Shown one piece after another: positions 40,209 through 49,732 of a stretch of DNA of 64,000 bases. This DNA is from Pseudomonadota bacterium. Its GTDB lineage: Bacteria > Bdellovibrionota_B > Oligoflexia > Oligoflexales > CAIYRB01. Where the stretch lies: contig JANOTL010000040.1 of NCBI GenBank assembly GCA_031416315.1, positions 1 to 64,000 on the forward strand, read 5' to 3'. Each line of letters begins with the position of its first letter. Position 1 is the first letter of the stretch. A model generated the notes under the pieces. The model did not search any database. It was given only the letters and a program-made list of their open reading frames with translations, and was not told where the DNA came from. Made by a program: the position numbers and the translations under genes.

Positions 40209-42662
40209 CTAGCTCCGGATCTTCTTCATCTCCGGGTCATACAAAGGCTTCAAAGACACCGCCGCCGGGTACTTCGTCCCGGCGATGTCGACCTCCCAAC
40301 TCGCGTCGAGGTACGCAGCATTCACCGGCTCGCCCGCCTCGATCATCGCCAGGCCGACGGCGCCGCCCAGCGTGTGGCCGTAGGAGCCGGCACGCACGTA
40401 GCCGACAGGCCTGCCGTTGCGGTGCAAAATCTCCGCGTGGAAGAGCATCGGCTCGGGATCCTTCACGAACACCTGAACGAGACGCCGCTTGTACGGAGCG
40501 CCCGCTTTTTGAAGCAGCGCCGCTTCTTTCCCGAGGAAGCCGTCCGGCTTTTTGAAGTCGACGCAGAAGCCGAGCCCGGTCTCGAAGCAGTCGTCGGTGT
40601 TGTCGATGTCGTGGCCGTAGTCGCGGTAGCCCTTCTCCATACGCAGGCTGGCGAGCGCCTTTAGGCCTGCGTGCCGCAGATTGAAGGGCGCGCCGGCCGC
40701 GAGGAGGCGGTCGTAGACGTGCGTCGCCTGCTCGGCCGGAACGTAGAGCTCGTAGCCGAGCTCACCGAGATAAGTGATGCGGATGCAAAGCACGCGTGCA
40801 TAGCCGATGTCGATCTCGCGCGCAGCGCGGAACGGAAAGGCGTCGTTGCTTAGATCCGCCGTCGTCAGCGTCTGCAGCAAAGCGCGCGATTTCGGGCCCT
40901 GCACGTTGATCTGCGCGTAACCGGAGGTAACGTCGGTCACGCTCGCGTGCATGTCGTCCGGGATATGCCGGCGCATCCACGTCTCCGCATGGCGCAGCTG
41001 CGTGTCGGTGACGACGACGAAGAAGCGGTCGTCCGAAAGCTTCGTCACGGTGAGGTCGGCTTCGAGCTTGCCGGTCTCGTTCAGCCATTGCGTGTACGTG
41101 ATCATGCCTTCCACGCCGTCGACGTCGTTGACCGAAATGTGGTTCAACACCTTGCCGGCGTCGCGCCCTTGCACCAGAAACTTGCACATGAAGGACATGT
41201 CCATCAGGATCACGTCCTCGCGCGCGGCCTTGTGCTCGGCGGCCCAATAAGGAAACCAGTTCTGACGGCCCCAGGAGAGCTTCTCCACCTTGGGCTCGAC
41301 GCCCGCGGGCGCGTACCAGTCCGGGCTCTCCCAGCCGCTCACGTCCTTGAAATAGGCGCCGGCGGCCGCCAGTCGATCGTGCAGCGGCGACTTTTTCGCG
41401 CCACGCGCGGTTTGCGGCGACATCGTCGGGTAGTGGCACTTGTAGACCAAGCCGAGCGACTCCACGGTGCGCTCGCGGCGGTATTGTGGGTTCGACTGGT
41501 AGCGTTGCAGCCGGTCGATGTGCATGCCCGTCACGTCGATGTCGGCCGTGCCGTGCACCATCCAGTGCGCCAGCGCGCGGCCGATGCCGCCTCCCGTCAG
41601 GATGCCGATCGAATTCAGCCCGGCGGCGACGAAGTAATTCTTCAACTCTGGGGCCTCGCCGAAGATCGGGCGCAGGTCGGCGGTGAAGCTCTCCGGCCCG
41701 CAGAAGAACTTCTTCACGCCGAGATCCATCGTCACGGGAACGCGCGCCATCGCCTTCTCCAGATAGGGAGCCATGCGGTCCCAGTCCGGCTCGATCTCGC
41801 CGAAGGTGAAGTCCTGCGGGATGCCTTCGACCTTCCACGGCGCGCATTCCGACTCGAAGAGGCCGACCATGAGGCCGCCGACCTCTTCGCGGATGTAGGC
41901 GAAGGACGAGGGGTCCTCGAGCACCGGCATGTTCGGCGGGAGGTCCTCGATCTCTTCGGTGATCAGGTAATAATGCTCCGCCGCTTGATTCGGGACGTTG
42001 ACGCCCGCGAGCTCGCCGAATTGCCGCGCCCACATGCCGGCGCAGTTGACGACGAAGTCGGCGGCGATGTCGCCCTTGTCGGTGCGCACGCCGGCGACGC
42101 GGCCTTTCTTCTTCAGCACGCCGGTGACCGCGACGTTCTCGATGACGCGCGCGCCCTGCATGCGGGCGCCTTTCGCTAGGGCCATCGTCACGTCGACGGG
42201 ATTCACACGCCCGTCCTCTTTCACGTAGAAGCCGGCCAAGATGTCGTCGACGCGCGCCAGCGGGAAGAGCTTCTGCACCTCCGCGGCGGAGATCTCGTGG
42301 ACGTCGATCCCCATCAGTCGGTTGAAGGCCGAGACGCGCCGGTATTCTTCGAGGCGGTCTTTGTCGGTCGCCACCTCGATGAAGCCGACGGGCTTAAAGC
42401 CCGTGGCTTGTCCGGTCTCCGCCTCTAAGCGGCTATACAGGTCGCGGGTGTACTTGCGCAGCTCAGTCGAGGTCTCCGAGGTCGAGCCGAAGGTCACCAT
42501 GAGGCCCGCGGAGTGCCAGGTCGTCCCCGAGGTCAGTTGGTCGCGCTCGAGCAGGACGACGTCCTTCCAGCCCATGTGCGCCAAATGATAGGCGACTGAG
42601 CAGCCGATGACCCCGCCGCCGACGACAACGACGCGCGCATGCTTGGGGAAATCGAGGCTCAT
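40209..42662 (-). CDS. GcvT-family FAD-dependent dehydrogenase (dimethylglycine/sarcosine dehydrogenase-like)
   Basis: GGGVIGCS, SGTTWHSAG, GPESFT, GELGYEL, SLRMEKGY. Confidence 0.93.
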   Translation of the reverse strand: MSLDFPKHARVVVVGGGVIGCSVAYHLAHMGWKDVVLLERDQLTSGTTWHSAGLMVTFGSTSETSTELRKYTRDLYSRLEAETGQATGFKPVGFIEVATDKDRLEEYRRVSAFNRLMGIDVHEISAAEVQKLFPLARVDDILAGFYVKEDGRVNPVDVTMALAKGARMQGARVIENVAVTGVLKKKGRVAGVRTDKGDIAADFVVNCAGMWARQFGELAGVNVPNQAAEHYYLITEEIEDLPPNMPVLEDPSSFAYIREEVGGLMVGLFESECAPWKVEGIPQDFTFGEIEPDWDRMAPYLEKAMARVPVTMDLGVKKFFCGPESFTADLRPIFGEAPELKNYFVAAGLNSIGILTGGGIGRALAHWMVHGTADIDVTGMHIDRLQRYQSNPQYRRERTVESLGLVYKCHYPTMSPQTARGAKKSPLHDRLAAAGAYFKDVSGWESPDWYAPAGVEPKVEKLSWGRQNWFPYWAAEHKAAREDVILMDMSFMCKFLVQGRDAGKVLNHISVNDVDGVEGMITYTQWLNETGKLEADLTVTKLSDDRFFVVVTDTQLRHAETWMRRHIPDDMHASVTDVTSGYAQINVQGPKSRALLQTLTTADLSNDAFPFRAAREIDIGYARVLCIRITYLGELGYELYVPAEQATHVYDRLLAAGAPFNLRHAGLKALASLRMEKGYRDYGHDIDNTDDCFETGLGFCVDFKKPDGFLGKEAALLQKAGAPYKRRLVQVFVKDPEPMLFHAEILHRNGRPVGYVRAGSYGHTLGGAVGLAMIEAGEPVNAAYLDASWEVDIAGTKYPAAVSLKPLYDPEMKKIRS

Positions 42663-42753
42663 TTTGGGCTCCGGGCTGAGTGTAGGGCGACGTTATACCT
42701 GCGGATCGGGGAAGGCGCTAGAATGAAGCCTTCTCGCGCCACCGGAGACACCC

Positions 42754-43875
42754 ATGCCTGCAGCTGTCCGCACGCCTACGCCACGTCTTCTGCTCGGTCC
42801 CGGCCCGAGCGACGCCCATCCGCACGTGCTCGCCGCGATGACCTTGCCGCTCCTCGGCCATCTGGATCCCGAGTTCCTGACCATCATGGACGAGACGCAA
42901 GCGCTCCTGCGCCAAGTCTTCCAGACGCAAAATCAGGTGACCTTTCCCGTGAGCGCCACCGGCATGGCGGGAATGGAGGCCTGCATGGTGAACTTGCTCG
43001 AGCCCGAAGACGCCGCCGTCGTCTGCGTCGCCGGATTCTTCGGCGCGCGCATGGCGGAGGTGGCGCGGCGCACCGGCGCCAAGGTAACCATGCTCGAGCG
43101 TCCTTGGGGTGAGGTGTTTCCACTCGATCAGGTGCGCGACGTCTTGCGACGCGAGCGCCCTAAAATGCTGGCGATCGTGCAGGCGGAGACCTCGACCGGA
43201 GCCTGGCAGAAGATTGAAGGCCTGAGCGCGATCTGCCGCGAGACCGACACGCTCCTCGTCGTCGACGCGGTCACGTCGCTTGGCTGCGTGCCGCTCGCTG
43301 TCGACGACTGGGGGATCGACGCCGTCTACAGCTGCTCGCAAAAGGGCCTGAGTTGCCCGCCCGGGCTATCGCCGGTCAGCTTCGGCGCGCGCGCGCTCGA
43401 CGCCGTGAAGAAGCGCAAGACGCCGGTGCAAAGCTGGTATTTAGACGTGACGACGCTCTCGCGCTATTGGGGAGGCGACCGCATGTATCATCACACCGCG
43501 CCGATCTCGATGGTGTACGCCCTGCGGGAGGGCCTGCGCCTCGTCGTCGAAGAAGGGCTCGAGGCGCGCTGGCGTCGGCACATGGAGAATCACCTCGTGC
43601 TGAAGGCGGGCCTTCAGGCGCTCGGCTGCCGCTATGTCGCCGCGGAAGGGCATCAACTCCCTCAGCTGAACGCAGTCTTCGTTCCGTCGGGCATCGACGA
43701 GCTCGCGGTACGGAAACGGCTCCTCGAGGAGTTTCGCATCGAGATTGGGGCGGGCCTCGGAGACCTGAAAGGGCGGGCCTGGCGCATCGGCCTGATGGGC
43801 TTCAACAGCCGGCCGGGCGTGGTGGCGCAGCTCCTCGGGCTTTTGCCGCTTTGCCTCGATCGGAATCGGTCATGA
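42754..43875 (+). CDS. Alanine-glyoxylate / serine-pyruvate aminotransferase (class V)
   Basis: LLGPGPS, AETSTG, DAVTSLG, SQKGLSCPPG, YHHTAP, WRIGLMG. Confidence 0.93.
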   Translation: MPAAVRTPTPRLLLGPGPSDAHPHVLAAMTLPLLGHLDPEFLTIMDETQALLRQVFQTQNQVTFPVSATGMAGMEACMVNLLEPEDAAVVCVAGFFGARMAEVARRTGAKVTMLERPWGEVFPLDQVRDVLRRERPKMLAIVQAETSTGAWQKIEGLSAICRETDTLLVVDAVTSLGCVPLAVDDWGIDAVYSCSQKGLSCPPGLSPVSFGARALDAVKKRKTPVQSWYLDVTTLSRYWGGDRMYHHTAPISMVYALREGLRLVVEEGLEARWRRHMENHLVLKAGLQALGCRYVAAEGHQLPQLNAVFVPSGIDELAVRKRLLEEFRIEIGAGLGDLKGRAWRIGLMGFNSRPGVVAQLLGLLPLCLDRNRS

Positions 43876-44109
43876 ATCCGAAGGCTTGATCGCCGCATGC
43901 CGAAGCCCGAGGCCGCCGCGGTCGTCTTCGCGCGCGGATTGCGGCTTTTCGCGCTATCGTCGCGCCGAACTTCTTGGAGCGTCGCTCATGCCGATCAGAA
44001 CCGTAGCGCTCGGAGCTAGAGCTTTCCCCATGAACGACGACGTCTACGACGGCCCGCAAGAGCTCGTTCGCGCTGCTCGTCGCGCGCTGGTCTTTCGCTA
44101 GGAGCCCGC

Positions 44110-45180
44110 ATGCCCCGCCTGTTGGAAGGCCAGCCGCGCATCTACGCCACGTTCTTCCCGGATTTCTTCGCCACCGAGGTCCCGGCGGAGACGAAAGCGA
44201 CCTGCACCAACTGCGCGATGTGCGAAAAGCCGCTGGCGCGCGACGCCAGCGCGTTTCGTCCCGACACGAAATGCTGCACGTATCACCCGAAGCTGCCGAA
44301 CTACCTCCTCGGCGCGCTTCTGGCCGACTCCGATCCGAGCTTTGACGAAGGACGTCGCCGCGTGCGCGACCGCATCGCGCGGCGCTTCGGCTCGACGCCT
44401 CAGTGGCTGAAGGCGCCCTCGAAGTACGACGTCCTCTACAAGAGCACGCGCGCGGGATTCGGCCGCGCGAAGAGCCTTCTCTGTCCATACTTCGTCGACG
44501 AAGGCGGCCTCTGCTCGATCTGGCCGTATCGCGAGGCGGTGTGCTCCACGTTTTTCTGTAAGCACGTCGGCGGCGCGGACGGCCGCTCCTTTTGGATGTC
44601 GTTCAAGCGGTATCTGTCGTTGGCGGAGATCCAACTTTCACGCTATGCGTTGCTCCAACACTTTCCAGAATGGGTTCTTCGCCAGGGCGACACGCCCAAA
44701 ACGCCGACCGATCCGCTCACGGTCCGCGAGCTCGACGACGAGCCGACGGGAGACGAGGTCGAGCATCTGCTCGCCTGGGGCGAGTGGGACGGTCGGGAGG
44801 AAGAGCTCTATCGAAAGTGCTACGAAACCGTCCAAAACCTCTCCGCCGCCGAATTCGCGGCGATCATGGGCTTGGACGGGACGGTGCACGTCGCCGTCCT
44901 CGGCGAGCTCCGCGCGGCCGTCACGGCGCCGCGGCTGCCCTCGCGTCCGAAGCTGAATCCGAGCCTAACGGTGAACCGCCTGAGCGACGGAGCCGTCGCG
45001 CTCTCCTTCCATAGCGACTACGACGCGCTGGCCTTGCCGGAAGCGGGCTGGCGTCTCTTGGAGGAGTTCCGCGGCGAGGAGTCCCTCGCCGCGGTGCGGG
45101 CGCGACTGCGCGAAAAGCACGGCTCCGACTTCAGCGACGAGATCTTCGCGGAGCTGCATCGGCACCGCATCTTGATTTAG
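44110..45180 (+). CDS. YkgJ/FliB-like cysteine-cluster protein with C-terminal wHTH-like domain
   Basis: CTNCAMC..KCC; CPYF..LCSIWPYREAVCSTFFC; GGAG RBS. Confidence 0.7.
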   Translation: MPRLLEGQPRIYATFFPDFFATEVPAETKATCTNCAMCEKPLARDASAFRPDTKCCTYHPKLPNYLLGALLADSDPSFDEGRRRVRDRIARRFGSTPQWLKAPSKYDVLYKSTRAGFGRAKSLLCPYFVDEGGLCSIWPYREAVCSTFFCKHVGGADGRSFWMSFKRYLSLAEIQLSRYALLQHFPEWVLRQGDTPKTPTDPLTVRELDDEPTGDEVEHLLAWGEWDGREEELYRKCYETVQNLSAAEFAAIMGLDGTVHVAVLGELRAAVTAPRLPSRPKLNPSLTVNRLSDGAVALSFHSDYDALALPEAGWRLLEEFRGEESLAAVRARLREKHGSDFSDEIFAELHRHRILI

Positions 45181-45266
45181 TTCCGCCCGCGCCAGCCCAT
45201 GAGGTATACAAAAACGCCGGCCGAGCCGCCGTTGCTGGAAGAGCCTTTTCGTCAGGAGCCTAGATC

Positions 45267-45734
45267 GTGCCCATCTCCACGGCCCATCCCTATTTCGCAC
45301 GCATCGCGCTCGGCGCCTCCATCTTTCTGGCCGCGCCGGCCCGCGCCGACGTCATCGAGGTCGAAGGCTCGCTACAACTTTGGCAACGCACGTGCAACGG
45401 TGCGAGCTGCACGCTCCCCGTCGGCATCGGCGCGCCCGTCGCCTTCCGCGAAGACGTGCGCCGCCCGGCCGCGGGCGCCGTCTCAACCGTCTCGACGCGC
45501 GCGCAGTCGGGACCTTACACCGCCACCGTCACGGTCTACTGGCGTGCGGACGAGGGCGAAGATCGTCACTATCTGTCGACGCAAACGCGGATCACGCGCG
45601 GCAACGACATCCTCGCCGAGTGCAGCCGCTTCGACTTGGACGACGTGACGCGCTATTTTCCGGTCGGCGCGTGCTCCGGCCTGGACTTCGCGGCCGGCCT
45701 GTTGATCGGGGCGAGCGTCGCGAAGCGGCCCTGA
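45267..45734 (+). CDS. Secreted hypothetical protein
   Basis: AGGAG RBS, signal peptide ending ARA-D, four Cys. Confidence 0.6.
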   Translation: MPISTAHPYFARIALGASIFLAAPARADVIEVEGSLQLWQRTCNGASCTLPVGIGAPVAFREDVRRPAAGAVSTVSTRAQSGPYTATVTVYWRADEGEDRHYLSTQTRITRGNDILAECSRFDLDDVTRYFPVGACSGLDFAAGLLIGASVAKRP

Positions 45735-45744
45735 CCGTCGCGGC

Positions 45745-46998
45745 TCAAAGCCACCGCACCAACTGCGGACTCCCCGCCTCCCGCGCCCCGCCGTTGCCGA
45801 GCTGGCCAAAGAATCCGTGGCCCCAACAACGTACGGCGCCGACGGCGTCGAGCGAGCAGGTGTGCTTCTTTCCCGCGACGAGGGCGCGGACGGAGGCTCC
45901 GGCGCCGGCAACGGTCTTCGGCACCTGAACCCGCTGCGCGAAGAAGGCGTCGCGCGATTGCGGGGTGATCCAGATGCGCGAAGCCTCGGGGCCGAGCGCA
46001 AGCAAGGTTCGATCGCCCAAACATTGCACGCGATCGACGCCGGCTGCGGTCAGCACGACGCAGGTGTGGCCGCGGCCGCTGGCAGCGAGCCGCACGTCGG
46101 CGCGCAGGGAGGCGTGCACCTCGATCGGCGTCGGCTCGCTCTCGAAGACCTTGGCACCTTCGCCAACGTTGCCCAGCTGGCCCCATGCGGCGTCGCCCCA
46201 GCATTCCAACGCGCCGCCCGCGACGGCGCAGGTATGGTCTTCGCCCGCCGCCAGCGCCGTGACGCCGCGCACTGCCGCCTGGACCGCGACCGAGCTAGAT
46301 ACGACGCGCCGGCCGTCGCCGAGGCGACCGAGCTCGGCTACGCCCCAGCAAAAGACGGCGCCAGCGGAGGTACGCGCGCAGGTGTGATTGCCGCCGGCCG
46401 CGATTTCCTTCACCTCGCCCAAGATGCCGCGCACCATCGTGCTGGCGGTTCGCAAGGTGCGCCAAATGCCTGGCTGAGGATTGGCGACGCCGTCGCCCAA
46501 CTCGCCGTGTCCGCCCTGACCCCAGCACTTTACCGCGCCGCGCGCGGTCAGCGCGCAGCTATGAGCGTCGCCGAGCGCAAGCATCTGGATGACGTCGTTC
46601 TCTAGGCCGCGCACCTCTTTCGCCGTGCTGGAGTCGCGCGAGCCGGTCGTGCCAGGTTCCGTGCCGTATCCGAGCTGACCTTCACGACCCTTGCCCCAGC
46701 AGGAGACGCGCCCGGAATCGAGGACCGCGCATGAATGACTCCCGCCCGCCGCGACCTGGCGCGCGCGGGTGAGGCCGAGAACGCGCTGCGGGTGCGAGCT
46801 GTTTTGATTGCGGCCGTCGCCGAGTTGGCCGAAGGTGCCGTCGCCCCAACACGCGACGCCGGCGTCTGGGGTGAGGGCGCAGGTGTGATTTTTTCCGGCG
46901 GCGATGGCTCTCGCGGTGAAGGCGCCGGCTTGCGCAAGCTCCGGCCTCATCAGGAGCGCAGTGCAGGTGATCATCGAAATGGCAAGGGAAAGGCGCAT
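45745..46998 (-). CDS. Secreted RCC1-repeat beta-propeller protein
   Basis: Repeated AAGxxHTCA..VxCWGxGxxGQLG units. Confidence 0.92.
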   Translation of the reverse strand: MRLSLAISMITCTALLMRPELAQAGAFTARAIAAGKNHTCALTPDAGVACWGDGTFGQLGDGRNQNSSHPQRVLGLTRARQVAAGGSHSCAVLDSGRVSCWGKGREGQLGYGTEPGTTGSRDSSTAKEVRGLENDVIQMLALGDAHSCALTARGAVKCWGQGGHGELGDGVANPQPGIWRTLRTASTMVRGILGEVKEIAAGGNHTCARTSAGAVFCWGVAELGRLGDGRRVVSSSVAVQAAVRGVTALAAGEDHTCAVAGGALECWGDAAWGQLGNVGEGAKVFESEPTPIEVHASLRADVRLAASGRGHTCVVLTAAGVDRVQCLGDRTLLALGPEASRIWITPQSRDAFFAQRVQVPKTVAGAGASVRALVAGKKHTCSLDAVGAVRCWGHGFFGQLGNGGAREAGSPQLVRWL

Positions 46999-47001
46999 GA
47001 T

Positions 47002-47727
47002 TCAAGACTCCGCGTCGATGTGCATGTGCGTGTCGTGGTTCCGGAACTTGTCGGCGCGAGCGACACGCAGCAAAGCTTGGAGCTCAGCGTCGCTGATCAC
47101 GCCCTGAGCTAAGGCGAGATGCCCGTATGCCGCGACCTCGTCCCGGTAATCGAGGATCACGCCGGCGACGCCCGGCGTCTTCGAAAGCGCGTACACGAGC
47201 CAGAAGGTCGCAGCGAAATCGATCGAGGTCTCGGATCCGGTCCCGACGAGCGGATAGGCGAGGTCGGCGGCGCGGCCGTTGACGTGCACGTCAGAGCCGG
47301 CAGAGGCCGGAGCATGCGCCTGCAGCGGGAAGTCGGTATCGACCCGCAGCACGGTCAAGTCGCGTTGCCGCGGCTCGAGTCTCTGCAGGAAAACCGCGGC
47401 GCGCCGCAGCGCGTAGAGGATCTTCGAGCGGCCGTAGATGTTTGTATAGCGCTGCTCCGAGTCGCTCCATCCCGCGGCGATCGGCAGCAAGACGGTCCCG
47501 TCCAGCGGCAGCGCCGAGAGCCCGGGAGACGTGCGATAGCCGCGTCCCACCTCGCTCGCGTCCCAAGTCGCGACTGCGCTCCACGCGCTGGTCACGCCTT
47601 CGCGCGTGATCCCGCCGAGGCACCAGGCCGGATCGCCGCAAGCGGCGGCCTGGGGGCGCGCGGCGGCCCCCGTCGTGGTCAGCGCCAAAAATAGCGCCAA
47701 CAGCATGCTTCGCCTCTGGATTCGCAT
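47002..47727 (-). CDS. MepA-like (peptidase M74/LAS family) murein endopeptidase
   Basis: Signal peptide; YG, HVNGRAADLAY, HDTHMHI zinc motifs. Confidence 0.7.
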   Translation of the reverse strand: MRIQRRSMLLALFLALTTTGAAARPQAAACGDPAWCLGGITREGVTSAWSAVATWDASEVGRGYRTSPGLSALPLDGTVLLPIAAGWSDSEQRYTNIYGRSKILYALRRAAVFLQRLEPRQRDLTVLRVDTDFPLQAHAPASAGSDVHVNGRAADLAYPLVGTGSETSIDFAATFWLVYALSKTPGVAGVILDYRDEVAAYGHLALAQGVISDAELQALLRVARADKFRNHDTHMHIDAES

Positions 47728-47986
47728 GAGGTCTCCTTACACTGAAACGAGTGCGAACCGTAAATGCCAGGCGTGATCGAAGTCAATCTTCGATGCCGAT
47801 TCGTAATCATTGAATTTTGTTTATTACACTTTTTATTGTTTACTATGAGGCTCTGTACACACCGGCGTTACGGGATTTCGGCGACGGCCCGCGGAAAAAC
47901 AACGTGTTCATGGATGGGAAAATAAGTTCGCGGAGCGAGCCCTTGGGTCTCTCATGAGAAGTTGGGCTCCGGGGACTCGCAGTCGG

Positions 47987-48103
47987 CTAGATTCCGAACA
48001 CATCCAAATTGACCTGGAACACCTCTTCGTCTTTGGTGCCTGCCAGCTCCTTGTGCAGCTCGGCGATCGTCGCGCGCAGCTTTGCCACCAGCGCCTTGCG
48101 AAC
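47987..48103 (-). pseudogene. 3' remnant of a third TIGR02147/DUF4423 gene (not in the ORF track)
   Basis: Manual translation VRKALVAKLRATIAELHKELAGTKDEEVFQVNLDVFGI* parallels the C-termini of the two intact paralogues. Confidence 0.7.
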
Positions 48104-48453
48104 CCGGGGCCGCAGCAGAAGCCGCGCCGCGCTCCGGCACGAACAAGCTGCTCAGCTGCGGCGAACTCGGTCAAGGGCGCCGCCGCCTCGAGATCGTCGC
48201 GACGCGCACCGGAGTTGAAGCGCGCTTGCAAGGCCAGTCGCCAGTCGCCGGCACGTACGCGGAAGGCGAGTTCACCTTCCAACGTGCAGACTGGAGCGAC
48301 GCCGACTTCTTGTCGCTCGAGATCAGCAGGGTCAACGGGCGCTACGTCGGCGTCGCGTACGAGCCGGCGACGAGCGGCCCCGCGGCCTATAAAGAGAGCG
48401 TCTTTACTTGTGCCGAGATCATGGTCGGCTCGGCCAGCTCGAACGGCGGCTAA
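48103..48453 (+). pseudogene. 5'-truncated secreted protein
   Basis: Reads GAAAEA-APRSGTNKLLSC...FTC, a signal-peptide end plus mature domain without a start or hydrophobic core. Confidence 0.55.
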
Positions 48454-48457
48454 TGCC

Positions 48458-48655
48458 TCACGGCTTCGTCTTCGGCTTACCCTTCTGCTTCTCCGTCGGC
48501 GCGTCGCGGCTCTCGCGATTTTGGCTCTTCCTTTCCTGCTCGAACTCCTTGCCTTGGCCGTAGCCTTGGCCCGCGGCGCCTGGCTTCTCTTCGTCGCCCT
48601 TCACGTGCACGCCGCGATGGGCGTCTTTCGGCTCGCTATGCTGGCTCATTCGCAT
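48458..48655 (-). CDS. Small hydrophilic protein
   Basis: AAGGAG RBS; highly charged Gly/Gln-rich 65 aa. Confidence 0.6.
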   Translation of the reverse strand: MRMSQHSEPKDAHRGVHVKGDEEKPGAAGQGYGQGKEFEQERKSQNRESRDAPTEKQKGKPKTKP

Positions 48656-48666
48656 CTCGCACTCCT

Positions 48667-48933
48667 TTAGTGGCGGGGGCCCGTGTTCAAGAGCCCGTCG
48701 AAGAATTCTTCTTCCGTCCGGTTGAGGTAGATCGCCTGATTGTCCACGCGCTCGACCCACGAAAGCGGAATCCAATGGTGCTCGCCGTCCCGTGACCCCG
48801 CCTTCTTTAGCTTGATATAGCGCGAACCCTCGATTTTATCGACCGTGCCGACTCGAGCCCCGTGTGCACCCTCCATCGTGGTGTTGCCGCGCGCGTGGAC
48901 CATGAGATCTGGTTTGATTTTCTGCGGGTCCAT
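48667..48933 (-). CDS. DUF2171-domain protein
   Basis: VGTVDKIEG..IKLKK..DGEHHWIPLSWVERVD. Confidence 0.85.
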   Translation of the reverse strand: MDPQKIKPDLMVHARGNTTMEGAHGARVGTVDKIEGSRYIKLKKAGSRDGEHHWIPLSWVERVDNQAIYLNRTEEEFFDGLLNTGPRH

Positions 48934-48972
48934 GAGACTCCCTTTCTTCCGTGGGTTTTCGATCTTTTCCTA

Positions 48973-48988
48973 AGCAAGAGCCATGCCG
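48973..48988 (-). promoter_or_regulatory. Sigma-54 (-24/-12) promoter candidate
   Basis: Minus strand CGGCATG-GCTC-TTGCT, 40 bp upstream of ATG 48933. Confidence 0.6.
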
Positions 48989-49201
48989 CGTCAAATTGGG
49001 CGGGCACGTGTGACGAAAGAGGACTTCCGGGCCTCTGAAACGCACGTTTCAAGCGACATGCGTCCGCGCGACGCCCTTGGAAAGAGGCGCGAGTAGGGTC
49101 GAGGCGCCGCACGCGGCGCTCATCGAAAACTCGTGAGCCGGCCTCGAATTTGCACAACCTTTCGTACGGCTCGATCGTCCGAGCCTGCGAAAGGAGTCTT
49201 C

Positions 49202-49732
49202 ATGAAACGTTTGCTCGGTGCCTTACTCTTCGCCTTGACGGCGTTGCCCGCGACGGCGCTCGCCGATCAATGCTACGACTACAACAACTACGGATCGAAC
49301 GCGTACTACTACTGCGTCAACGACGGCAGCTGCCGCTGGAACGGCAACTACTGCGAGTCCATCGCGCAGTCTCAACAATGCGACTGGATCCGCGACTATC
49401 GCCAATGCGTGAACGCCGGCTGTGACTGGGACAACCGCTACGGCTGCTTCGAGAGCCAAGCCCCGCAGTATTGTGAGGACGTGCGCGATTATCGCGAGTG
49501 CCTGAATTACGGCTGTTACTGGGACAACCGCATCGGGTGCAACTCGAATCCCGGCGGTGGCGGCGGCCGTCAAGTCTGGCAGTGTACGGCTCAAGATAAT
49601 GGTTGGGAAGAGCACTGGGGCGGCCACGCCTCGCAAGGCAACACCCAGTGGGCGGCGCAGCAAGCCGCGTTGAATGCTTGTCAGCAGATCCACGGCACTT
49701 GTTACGTTACGGAGTGCCAGCAGATCCGCTGA
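49202..49732 (+). CDS. Secreted Cys-rich repeat protein
   Basis: AAGGAG RBS, signal peptide, three 4-Cys repeats, Gly linker, 4-Cys terminal domain. Confidence 0.8.
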   Translation: MKRLLGALLFALTALPATALADQCYDYNNYGSNAYYYCVNDGSCRWNGNYCESIAQSQQCDWIRDYRQCVNAGCDWDNRYGCFESQAPQYCEDVRDYRECLNYGCYWDNRIGCNSNPGGGGGRQVWQCTAQDNGWEEHWGGHASQGNTQWAAQQAALNACQQIHGTCYVTECQQIR

